Shown here: positions 39,841 to 50,994 of the stretch, piece by piece | Position numbering within the stretch: the stretch's first letter is position 1 | How the letters are laid out: each line of letters starts with the position of its first letter | NCBI GenBank assembly: GCA_010093705.1 | Contig: MU006090.1 | Coordinates: forward strand, 1,887,817-1,951,816 | Length of the DNA stretch: 64,000 nt | Direction of reading: 5' to 3' | Source of the DNA: Patellaria atrata CBS 101060 | Taxonomy: Eukaryota | The notes under the pieces: generated by a model | What the model was told of the DNA's origin: nothing | Seen by the model: the letters and a program-made list of their open reading frames with translations, nothing else | Database searches by the model: none | Program-made: the position numbers and the translations under genes

Positions 39841-41076
39841 AAGATGAGCTGTCGGGTGAGATCGGGCCGGCAGCGAGCGGATTGGCAGCTTGGGGTCCAA
39901 ACTCTAGGAACAAATATTTTCTCTTTCATATGGTCCGGTCTGATATTCTTCCCCAAAGCCCCAAATCCTCCGTGAAGCAACGTGACTATAATGACCTCGC
40001 TGGACATATGCTCACGAGATACACCACATCAGGTGTTTAAACGACTGCAGAGACCCCATCAGAGAGGGATATACCCAACGGGTTTCTTGAAGGATGCATG
40101 AAAACGACTGGAAATATTAGTTCATCCAAAAATTCCTTCCCGAAATAGAGATGGTTGCGAATTAACCGATATTTCTAAGTCTAAGTAGTTTAGACGCGAC
40201 CATGGAAGTCGAAGTCCAGGTCAAGGTGGATTTAAAAGCATTCGTATTTAGCCCAACCATACAATTCAGAGAGATGAAGATTGAGAAGTGAATCCTTGTC
40301 CCAATGTATCTTCAAAGCTTGATGGTAAGTTCGTAACGGTCCCGGATGTTTCTCGACCGCGCCTACAGCGGCTAAGTAACTGGACCCAATGTCTGCCTTG
40401 CTTACCGTTTATGGTTTAGGCTGTGCTTCCAGCTCAACCCAACATCGACCTCCTGGGTCAAACCTCCGCAAACATCCCTTACAAAGATACAAAGTATAGC
40501 TGATGAACAACATGGTATATATATTACCAACAGACAACCTTTAAGAATCATTGGTTGGTGCTAAGTTGAGCATATTGCATCCCCGGGATTCCATACTTCG
40601 CGCTTTTAGTAGTTCTACTGTACAGTAACATCAGAAAGGTCTTCACGACCATACATCTTTAAGAATTAAGTATCAATTCCGTACATTAAAGTGCGTGAAT
40701 CTATCAGCTGTCATTCTCTGTTGTTGGCTATATAGTCTCTCGTCTTATTTCCCCAGTTTATGTTCATCAATTATGTTGTCGGCATTTGCTCCACCAGACG
40801 GCCGAACCATGCGAAAGGATTTGATAGATTGAGTAGGTTCATGGGTGGATTCCACTTAACCACTATAGCTACCATGCACTGTCATACCACTTGCTCCCTA
40901 GAAAGAGACGTGCATTTACCCAAAGTAACAAGCTCGTATTTTTCAATGGGATAGAGCTTGCACAGAATATCTATAAACCGCTGTAGTCGCTGTCTATGAC
41001 AGAGGTAAGAAGAAGTCTCGTCCAGAGCATTTTCTTAAGTATCATTCGAAAGGAGATTTCAGGATCTTAATACAAG

Positions 41077-42986
41077 ATGGGTCTTCTCGGACACGGTGAA
41101 GAGTTCGCGAGCGATCCTCGTCTCGCCAACATCGCGAAAGCGGACACCATACCATGGTATAGGAAGCCGAACCTGCGTTTACTGTATCTCATTCTGATAC
41201 CATGTGCTCTCGGCGTCGAGATGACATCTGGATACGATTCCTCTATGATGGTCAGTTCTCTCTTTGGCAATAAGAAGTACAGTACAGTACATGTGCTAAT
41301 ACTGCATAGAACGGCCTTCAAGCTGTACCTGCCTGGGATAAATGTATGTAGTGTTAATTATACGTAAAGGTCTAAAAGCTAAATGTCACTTCAAAGACTT
41401 CGACTCCCCCAAGGGATCCCGTCTCGGACTGTACAATGCCATCTACTCATTGGGTGCTTTGCTCGCTATTCCCTTCGTTCCTTATGCCTCAGACCGCCTA
41501 GGACGACGAAAGACAATCTTTATGGCGTCTATAGTTATGATTATTGGTGGTAGGTTCAAGTATTCTAGCGATTTGTACCTCTTCGCAATGTCTCAGTCAC
41601 TGACCATTTATAATTAGCTGTCTTGCAAGGCTGTTCTCAAAACTACTCCATGTTCATGTTCTCACGATGGTTACTTGGCTTTGGCATCCCCTTCGCCATC
41701 GTCAACGCTTCGTCTCTTCTTGGTGAATTGGGATACGCCAAAGAGAGACCTATCCTCACTAGTGTCTTCAATGCATCCTGGTTCGTCGGGAGCATCGTTG
41801 CAGCTGGTACAACTTATGGAACTTTTGCAATGACCACCACCTGGTCATGGAGGATCCCCAGTCTCCTCCAGGCCTTCCCCTCCACCCTACAGATTGTCTT
41901 CATGTGGTTCTGCCCCGAAAGCCCCCGCTGGCTCATCTCAAAAGACAGACACGAGGAAGCATTAGCCATTCTCCAAAAATACCACAGCGAGGGTATCGAC
42001 GGCGACGAATTCGTCCGTCTCGAATACGCCCAAATCCGCACTACTATTGCCCTCGAGCTCGAAAACGCAAAGAAATTCCAGTGGGCCGATGTCCTCCGCG
42101 ACGCGCCCATGCGCCGGCGTTTCTTCCTCGCCGGCGTCATCGGCTTCTTCACCCAGTGGTCAGGCAACGGACTGATATCCTTCTACATGAAGATAATCCT
42201 CGAGCAGATCGGCATCAACAACCCGCGAACGATCCAGAAGGTCATCCTTAGTTATACCTGCTGGGGCTTCATTAACGGCCTTCCTATTGCTCTGATAGCG
42301 CCACGGTTCCCCAGACGTAGGATGTTCCTCCTCTGCACCTTCGGCATGCTGACCGTCTACACCGTCTGGACCATCTGCTCCGCCCGCCGGGAAATCACAG
42401 GCGCAAATTCCGCTGCCATCGCCGTCGTTGTGTTCATTTTTGTCTACTCGCCGTAAGTCCCCAACTCCTTCCCGCAGCGGCTTTACAGCAGGATATCCCT
42501 TCCCCCCTTCCCCCCCCCCTACAACCTAGTCCACTAACACCCCCCAGGATCTACAACCTCGGCTGGAACGCGATGACCTACACCTACCTCGTCGAAATAT
42601 TCCCCTTCCAGCAGCGCGCCAAAGGAATCGCCTTCGAGCAGCTCACCGTGCGCCTCGCGAATTTCTTCAACACCTACGTCAACCCCATCGCCCTCGACGC
42701 CATCTCCTGGAAATACTACATCGTGTACTGCATCTGGATGCTCGTCGAGATCACGACCGTGTACGTGTTCTTCCCCGAGACGCACAATCGCACTCTAGAG
42801 GAGCTAAGTTTCATGTTCGAGGGCGAGGACGTCCAGAGGAGGGTTGAAAGGGTCGTGGAGAAGGAGGTGAGGTTTGCGGAGGAGGTGGGCGTGCCGAATA
42901 CGGGGATTGAGCTGGTGCAGCGGGAGGTTTTGGCGGAGGTGGGGGGGAAGGAGGAAAGAGTGGAGGAGAGAGGGAAGGGGGTTTAG
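41077..42986 (+). CDS. MFS sugar porter, lactose/cellodextrin permease (Lac12/CDT-like) clade, 5 exons
   Basis: TSGYDSSMM|NGLQ, SDRLGRRKT, RWLLGFG, ELGYAKERP, WSWRIPSLLQ, PESPRWL, FTQWSGNGLISFY, YLVEIFPF, PETHNRTLEEL. Confidence 0.92.
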
Positions 42987-43156
42987 GCCTTTGCGTTAAG
43001 GGAATGTGGGCACGTTAGCATCGGTTGGGAAACATGTTTGGAGGAAGACGTTCGGGAGGAGGGGAACATGTCGGTATTTCTGATGCGTGCTCTATCTAGG
43101 CAAATCAGGTCATGAACAGGGGGGAATCTCCAGCTGTTATGACAATCAGTGTTCCG

Positions 43157-43244
43157 TCCATCGTGATAACCATCCATCGTGATAACCATCCATCGTGATA
43201 ACCATCCATCGTGATAACCATCCATCGTGATAACCATCCATCGT
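43157..43244. repeat. Perfect 16-bp minisatellite (TCCATCGTGATAACCA) x5.5
   Basis: Five exact tandem copies plus an 8-bp partial copy, between the convergent 3' ends of the sugar porter and the orphan gene. Confidence 0.97.
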
Positions 43245-43454
43245 AAACTTTTCCTCCATGTCGAATGCAGAAGCCTCAAAACTGGTACACGGGGGTGGCT
43301 TTCCATCCATCCATCATGATGCCATCAAGCGTAAACCATTCCACCGTGTCGTAATCAGAAGTCTCAAAACCAGAACAAGGGTATGATTTCCATCCAGCCA
43401 TCGAGAAACGCATGAATCGTAGACCAGAACACCAAAAAGTCGACACGCAGTTAA

Positions 43455-45013
43455 TCAAGGTTCACCATACTTCCGGACAAAAGTGACGTATTGAACGAGA
43501 TCCATAAGGAGCCAGAGGACCTTGCCGTAGTCGTCGGTGATGATGCGGAATTCGTGTTCTTCGGGACCGTCCTGATTGTAGAAAACGCGGATGTAATGCG
43601 CCTTCTTCGTCCTGCAGTATGTGATTCCATCTGGGCACATCATACGTTAGCTTGGGAAAAGAAAATAGATAGGGGGAAGGGGAGGATAGGAACAAACGTA
43701 CCGATGAACTTTGCGAAGCGTGGCATGATGGGATTAGGAGGAATGTCGACATTGAAATCAAGAGAGAGAGCACCGTATTGTTTCGCTTCGAGGACACCAT
43801 GGTAAATCTGTCGGTCTTTCTTGTGGAAGTAGTCGGCGCGGAGCTTGCATCTACAATATCCCGTTTTCTCGTCCACGTTCTCTTCGTACCCAGCGCGACA
43901 AGGATGACCACCGGGAGGGAGCTTCATCCGGAGCACGTCGTGCCAGACGGCGGAATCTGTAGAGTGTTAGGAAGACGTGCCACTTGGAACGTCGGGGCGG
44001 TGACGTTGTACCAGCTTCTGCATCGGTCATTGTGATGGGGCTGCGGTCTGGGTCTGGGTCGGGGACGGCCGCCTGGTCTTTGGCTCCAGCTCCTGCAGTC
44101 TTGACGGGAGCCGGTCTAGCGCGCGACAAGGGCGTACCAGCAGTGTTCGGGACGGTGCCATAGCCAATCTGGGCAGAGGCTTGTCCCTGAGCTCTACGCG
44201 GTGCTTCTTCCTCACGAATTGCGGCCATTTTGGCCAGCTGTTGTCGTTCATGGTCACCGACTTCATCTCTTGCTCCTTGTGGACTCACGATCGCCTTAAA
44301 ATTAGGCTTCTGTTCTTCCTTCTTGAAGGGATCTGTGAATCGCTGTTAGTGTTGTACTGTACGAATGGTGGAGTGAGTATCTTACTTTTACCCTTGACTG
44401 CGTTCTTCACATCGAACGAGCTCATCTTCTTGAGGAGACTCCGCTTGGGAGCCGGTGAAATCAATGGGATGCCAGAACCAAACGGGGAGTCATCGGCGCC
44501 AGCAGCATCCAATTGTTGTTTGGCCCTTTCGGATCGTTCTTCCAGGTCGACGTGACGCGTACGCGTCATCGTTGCCGTTGATTTGGCCGATTCGGTACCG
44601 GCGCTTGATTCCAATTCGTTCTCCAGCCATGCCTCCAGGTTTTCCGTTGGGCTGGTACTTGGTGGCGCCTGGGGGACGGCCAGGGCCGGAAGTGGTTGGT
44701 TTGGGGGGAGAGGAGCGGGAGGTGACCGATTTGGCCGAGGAGGAAGAGGGGTGGTGATCGGGAAGAAGTAACAGGGTGCAAGCACCCTGATACGGTGTTG
44801 GTGATTGCCAGAATCAGCTGGCACTGGTCGGAGAGGACGGGAAACTGCTGGTACCTCGGCGGAAAAAGGGGTTGACATGCGTCCTGGGTACCGCACGTGG
44901 GTGTAGACCTCGACGGTACCCAGGTTGATCTCCCAGGCATTTCCGTCATTGGGGATTTGAACCCTGAGTTCTAGGAACTCAGGGGTGGTAGAACCACTAC
45001 CATTGTGCGTCAT
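43455..45013 (-). CDS. Hypothetical (orphan) protein, 4 exons, about 459 aa
   Basis: Four separate ORFs join in frame via introns 44385..44333 (GTAAGA..CTAAC..CAG), 44011..43957 (GTACAA..CTAAC..CAG) and 43701..43631 (GTACGT..CTAAC..CAG). Exon lengths 628+321+255+176 = 1380 nt. Confidence 0.72.
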
Positions 45014-45754
45014 CTTTTTTGTTGTGGGCGGAGTCTTGCAACAACAAAAAGAAAAATGGTGTTGGTTGAAGAAGAGAGGTGGAAGAAGGTGGGCGATGTG
45101 GGTATAAATAATAAATCTGGTCTGGGCGTTCGTCGCCAAAAGTGCGCGTGACTGTAGAGATCAATAGAAACAGGCAGTCAACAAACGCATCGTCGTTTGC
45201 ATATGCCTACAGTGTGGGGCTTCGAGCTGAGATTAAGTAAAGGAACTGAAGGACTTGCCCATTGAATGCAGGTTTCATGCAAAAGTATTCATTCTTAAGT
45301 GAAGTATGCAAACGGATATTAGGTAAATGATCCTATTGCAAAAACAAAATGGTCATTGCTTAGGGACCTATCCAACAGCTATAGTGAAGGTGAGGGAAAG
45401 GACCTCCATTCCATTGAGGCATTGATGAAAGGGGTACTTAAGTTCTTCACTTCACATGGAATTGTAATCAAGCATTCAACGATGGGGGACTGAAAGTCAA
45501 CAGGAATAACTAGAACCCATTTACGACAGATTCGACAGCTCTAGGGGTCAGAATAGCTTAGGGATGAATTATCTACGGTATGTACTTCATCCTGAGTATA
45601 TATTCCACGAAAATCTTATCTTTGATATTACAAGGAAATCAAGTAACTAATGTACGACTATACATAGACATAGAACAAGAGCGTCGGCTTAACTAGGACT
45701 TTTTCTTATCAAAGTGGGTTTGGACTTATTCTACGATATTTTTCCTTAGGGAGT

Positions 45755-46000
45755 TGAGTCAAAATGAGGGGGACGATACTTTACAACCGCTATACGAGGG
45801 GGCCAAACGAACATTATCACTCTGGTCCAATTCTTCATTTGACGGAGGAGTACCGGGCTACAGAGCAATGGTTGAACGTGCTGAGAATCAAGAAGTATAT
45901 GGAGAGTGACCATACACATAGGAAGAGTACGCCATTGTACAGTTGAATACTCCAAGGAGGAGTCTACTTGTACCGCTATATATTGGTAGAACTTGACTCA
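45755..46000. promoter_or_regulatory. Two Gcn4/CPC-1 (AP-1-like) elements upstream of the Mtr-like transporter
   Basis: TGAGTCA at 45755-45761 and TGACTCA at 45994-46000 in the divergent intergenic region. Confidence 0.4.
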
Positions 46001-47195
46001 AGACAACGAAAAAGGGGCCAACGGTATAAAGGATACACACATGAAGACAAGAGTTAGATGAATAGAGGGAGTAGATAAGAGATGGTACGAGATGTGGGAT
46101 CTATTAAGGAGTGATGGGAGCAATGGAGGTGATAGTATTGATGGGTGGACGTCGAGGTTGGTGGGATCAAGCTCCACTCCCAAGCCGCCCAGGAACATTC
46201 AAGCGAGTACAAGCAAGCATCTTGGCCTCGATCAAGCATTATGAAGCTATACAGCGAGAAACTCGGCTTTACGGTGGAGGAGGGAATGGCACCTCAATAT
46301 TCAGATAGTTGAATAGGATGAGATCATTTCAGCCACTGCTTGCGACAGTTAGAAGACGAAGCTTCAATCCCACCACTCCAACAGGATCGGCAGCTCTCTG
46401 AACAGTTGGCGTACTCTCGTCCACGCAGCTAGCACGCTTACGGTTACCTCTTTACCAGTCATTTCCCATGAGAATTCTCGAGGCGGCTCGGGAGAAGCGA
46501 TGAGTTGGGCGAGATGATATGGAAGATCTGCCAAACTTCATTGGAATGAGACCAAGGGGGAAGATGATATCAACTAAAGTAGCATATACCTCTTGAGCTC
46601 TAGGTATTGAACTTACTAGTTTTTGTGTCAGGACGGCAACCGATGAAGCGTCGAATATTCACAGACTCTGGCCTTTTACTATTGCAATACTGTAGAACTA
46701 CCTTACCTTCAAACTACTGCCAGAGTAGGTATTGGAGTGCGTCATAGCTTCTGATGGCATGGATAGCCGCTAGTAAGGAAGATGGTCTGAATCTGACATA
46801 CACCCTACGGTACCCTCATTCCAGGTTCCATTGCCTCCACTCTTCGCCTCTTTTTCCTTCGATCTCGCCATCAAACTGCCTCTTGAGATCTAACTTGATC
46901 TTTCTAGCCCTAGGGTCACCACTCATCCTAGTTTAGAGGCCATTAGGTAATACACTTCTTCGCAAAATATTATAAAAAGAACCATCTGCCCCAACACTTT
47001 CACAACACCAAAGCTGCAAAGTTCGTATCTTAAGCGGATTTCGTTCTGAAGGCCCGCCTACGAGTGTTAATCCTCGTTGCGCGCCCATCTTCTGGAATCC
47101 TCAACTTACTACCTGCAGTGGTCAATGCTATCGGCAGCAAATAGTCGCAGACCTTTTTATTTTACTCCCTTTGTTCAGTCCATTCGATCCATCAA

Positions 47196-49062
47196 ATGGC
47201 GTTAGGTTATGGTAAAAAGGGGGAGGAGCGTGTTGCAGACCCTCCTCCTCCCACTCAATTCGCTGAAAAGGGTCCTTTCAAGGGTGTGCCGCCCGACTAT
47301 TCTTACGATCCTGAGGGCCACGGTGAACGCAGGATGAGCCGAATCGACGACACGACTTCGGATGCTGATAGCACTTTCAGTATTTCCAAGCAGATAGCAA
47401 TGGAAGCGGATAATGCTATCAAATACCGAACCTGCAGTTGGCAAAAGGTATGGCTCTTTCCTATGGTCTTGAGCGAGATGGCATCAAGTACAACACGAAC
47501 CTATTACAGCGTTAGAATACGTTACTGCACATGAAAACGTCTCCAATAAGACGTATAACTCAAGAAACGCGGCATACTAGCTTAAGGTGATCTATTACTA
47601 ACAATATGCCGTGCAGACTGCGGCTCTATTATTTTCTGAATATATCTGCTTGGCAATCATGTCATTTCCCTATTCATATTCAGTTCTTGGACTGGTACCG
47701 GGACTCATACTCACCGTTGTGGTTGCTGCTCTTGTTCTGTATACCTCCTTGGTCATATGGTAAGTGACTCGAGTGTAAAATTCGCCATTGAACTCGTAAT
47801 TAATCTACTCCAGGGAACTTTGTCTGCGTCACCCGGAACTCAAGGATGTTTGTGATATTGGCCAAATGCTATATTGGAAATCAAAATGGGCCTGGTATTT
47901 CACCGCTGTAATGTTTGTACTGAACAATACTTTTATCCAGGTAAGCTGTGCATGGTAGCTTTAATGAATACAGTCCAGTGGAGGTACTAAAACAAAAAAC
48001 ACCCTAGGGATTCCATTGTCTTGTAGGAGCAAAATATCTCAATACTATGACCAACAATTCCGTCTGTACAGTGGGCTTCTCCGCAATCGTCGCCGTTATT
48101 TCCTGGATCTGTTCTTTACCACGGACATTTTCAACACTTGCCAAAGTTGCAACTGCATCAGCATTCTTCACGTTTGTTTCGGTACTACTTGCTACCATCT
48201 TCGCCGCTATTGAGGACCATCCCAAAGGGTATGACCCTGAGACAATTGGGGAGCCTCTCGTTCTTGCTGTCCCATTGGCTGGTACTACCTTCGTGGCTGG
48301 TATGAACGCGTTCATGAATATCAGCTATACCTTCATCGGACAAATTACTATTCCCTCCTTTATCGCGGAGATGAAGAACCCTAAGGACTTCCCGAAGGCG
48401 CTCTGGGCCGTTACTATCGCAGAAATTATTGTTTTCAGCTTAGTCGGATCTATCGTGTACGCTTATACAGGAACAAACTATAACACGGCGCCTGCATTCG
48501 GTTCACTAGGAAATGAGGTCTATCTTAAGGTGTCATTTTCCTTCATGATCCCAACCTTAATCTTCCTCGGCGTTTTATATGCTTCTGTCTCCGCTCGATT
48601 CGTCTTTTTCAACATCTTCCACGGTACCCGTCATATGGGAAATCACACCGTTGTGGGTTGGGCAGCTTGGGGTGGAATCTTAGCCGCCACTTGGGTTCTG
48701 GCTTTCATCATTGCTGAAGTGATCCCATTCTTTTCGGACCTACTTTCTCTAATGAGTTCGCTCTTTGACTCATTCTTCGGATTCATCTTCTGGGGAACGG
48801 CTTATTTCAGAATGCGTCATGCCGATTACGGTCCGAATTTTTACAAGAGGAGAGGAATAAGGGGTATCCTTGGATTTGTCTTCAACATTGTAATTTGCAT
48901 CATAGGTTTGTTATTTCTGACTGGTGGCACCTACGTAAGTCTTGAAAATCATAGTAGTGATCTGTGACTGACATGATACAGGCGTCCGTCCAAAGCATAG
49001 TCAACGGATACAAAGCTTCAAACTTTGGCGGTCCGTTCAGTTGCGCAAGTAATGGACTGTGA
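47196..49062 (+). CDS. Neutral amino-acid transporter, AAAP family (Neurospora Mtr-like), 5 exons
   Basis: IKYRTCSWQK|TAALLFSEYICLAIMSFP, GLVPG, HPELKDVCDIG, LNNTFIQ, NISYTFIGQITIPSFIAEMKNPKDFPKAL, IAEVIPFFSDLL, ending FSCASNGL. Confidence 0.92.
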
Positions 49063-49537
49063 ACGGTGATGGAAAGGGGTCAAAGTTGGGGAATATGGAA
49101 ACTGTGAACGACATGTCAATCGTGTACTTTCCTTATTTCTGGGCAGAGCTTGTGTAAACGTTGGAAGCGTTGGACGGTTGGAGATGGGAATTTTAAAGTA
49201 CATTTCGTTGTAGAGTGATAGGAGACATTGTCAGTTGGGTATTTGAACGATCTCAAAGTTGATACTGGTGAAAAGATAATAATTCAACATATCAATTTCT
49301 AGAGACGAATTGTGATTATTTGTTCATGTTTTTATTCCGATTAACAATGAAAGGACAAAATCCTCATTCGTGATTGAAGGAAGAAATGGCAGTAGTTAAT
49401 CCTTCTGCACCCGTGCCATGAACACCGCTCATCGTTCTGACGTCGTCCCCTCACTTCCAAATCTGCTCCACCATCCAAACGGTATCAATTGAGCCACGAG
49501 TTCCCAACCCAACCATCCCCTTCAATTACCACAAAAA

Positions 49538-49983
49538 ATGTCAGGCATAATAGACTTCAGTCAGCCGACGCTATGGCGTACGTGCTCTCCAATCCCCCAA
49601 TACACACACCCAGTTAACAACGTGCGCATACAGTGTCTGTAGCCACGATACTCTTCAACCCGACATTCTGGAAGTAAGTCCCATTACCAAACAACAACAA
49701 ACGCATCCACTACTGACAGTCTACAGTATCGCCGCTCGTCAAGGTACAGTGCCTTCACCCTTCACCCTTCACCCATCCTCTCAGCTTCGCTATCACCTAG
49801 GCCACCTCCACAATCCCCACGGTATCTAAAGACGATACTAAATATCTTGTTAAACAACCAGAATACCACAACAAAACAATAACAAAGCTCTTCAACAACA
49901 ACCCCCGCCACGGCTGCTACACCCTCGCCGCGACGATCTTCACGCTGGGTATAATCAGAGACTTGATGTACTCCCCCAATCCT

Positions 49984-50023
<40 letters not shown>

Positions 50024-50554
50024 TGGGTTCCCCCAATCCCTAACTAACACCCCCCAAGCTACGAACGCGCCCTCCGCCCCCAACCCCCCCCCCCCCCCCT
50101 CCAGTCCCCAACAATCCAGCACACCGGCACCGCGCTCTTCCTTACCGGCAACCTCCTCGTGCTCTCCTCTATGTACGCCCTCGGGCTCACGGGCACCTAT
50201 CTCGGCGACTACTTTGGGATCCTCATGGACGCGCCCGTGACTTCCTTCCCCTTCAACCTCACCTCCGCGCCCATGTACCAGGGGAGCGCGTTGTCGTTTC
50301 TCGGGTCCGCGCTTTATTGGGGGAAGCCGGCGGGGGTGGGGTTGGCCGCGGTGGTGTGGGTTGCTTATAGTGTCGCGTTGAGGTTTGAAGAGTGAGTTTT
50401 TTTTTTTTTTTTTTTTTTTGGTTTGGGGTTGATTTGGGACTGGGTCTGGGTTGAGTTGGGAGAGCATAGGCTAATGTTTTGTTGGTCTCGTAGTCCATTC
50501 ACCGCAGAGATATATGCGAAACGGGATCGTGAGAGGGCGAAGAAGGCCTCGTAG
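49538..50554 (+). CDS. OPI3: Phosphatidyl-N-methylethanolamine N-methyltransferase (PEMT/Opi3), 6 exons including a 17-nt exon
   Basis: Spliced FNPTFWN-IAARQE-YHNK...GCYTLAATIF.LGIIRD, SSMYALGLTGTYLGDYFGILMD...FPFN...PMYQGS, RFE-DPFTAEIYAKRD. Confidence 0.92.
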
Positions 50555-50994
50555 ATCGATCCTCTTCGTATCAGTCAGTGGCCATCTACAGCCGATTTAT
50601 CTCAAAGAGGGTTATCGAGCTCGTTCAGAGGAGCAGCAAGGGCAGGGAGGAGTACATACAAAGATGTGAACAAAACCCCATATGATTCAACATTGGGCAT
50701 AGCGGAGGCGTTGGTCTGATTTGGGGAGGTATTCAACTGCCTATTATGTTTTGCGCATGATACATTATTAGGAGGGGAAGATCTGGTTCACATAGCACGA
50801 TACGTAGTCAGGAATCACACGAGTCAAATACATGCACGGAAAAACAAGGTACAGCCTAACGAGGACTATCATTATGAATTGGGATCTCCAACTATGCTCT
50901 CGCAGCCCAAAGCTTCGCACCCACATTCGCCCCGTCTACAGAACAGAACCGTCTCAGTATCATACTGTATACACTAAATACGCACCATGTGCAT

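Noticed and set aside
39449..40007. Repeat-protein ORFs (RTVHIA or PYT repeats)
   Set aside because: Several frames on both strands are open simply because the minisatellite lacks stops; no codon or domain support.
43157..43244. CRISPR-like interpretation of the short repeat arrays (also 39540-39840 and 63563-63701)
   Set aside because: Units are directly abutting with no unique spacers, there are no cas genes, and the context is a eukaryotic intron-rich genome.
49955..50467. 170-aa minus-strand ORF with poly-Lys and poly-Gly
   Set aside because: Antisense by-product of OPI3 exons and its intronic T22 and C39 homopolymers.
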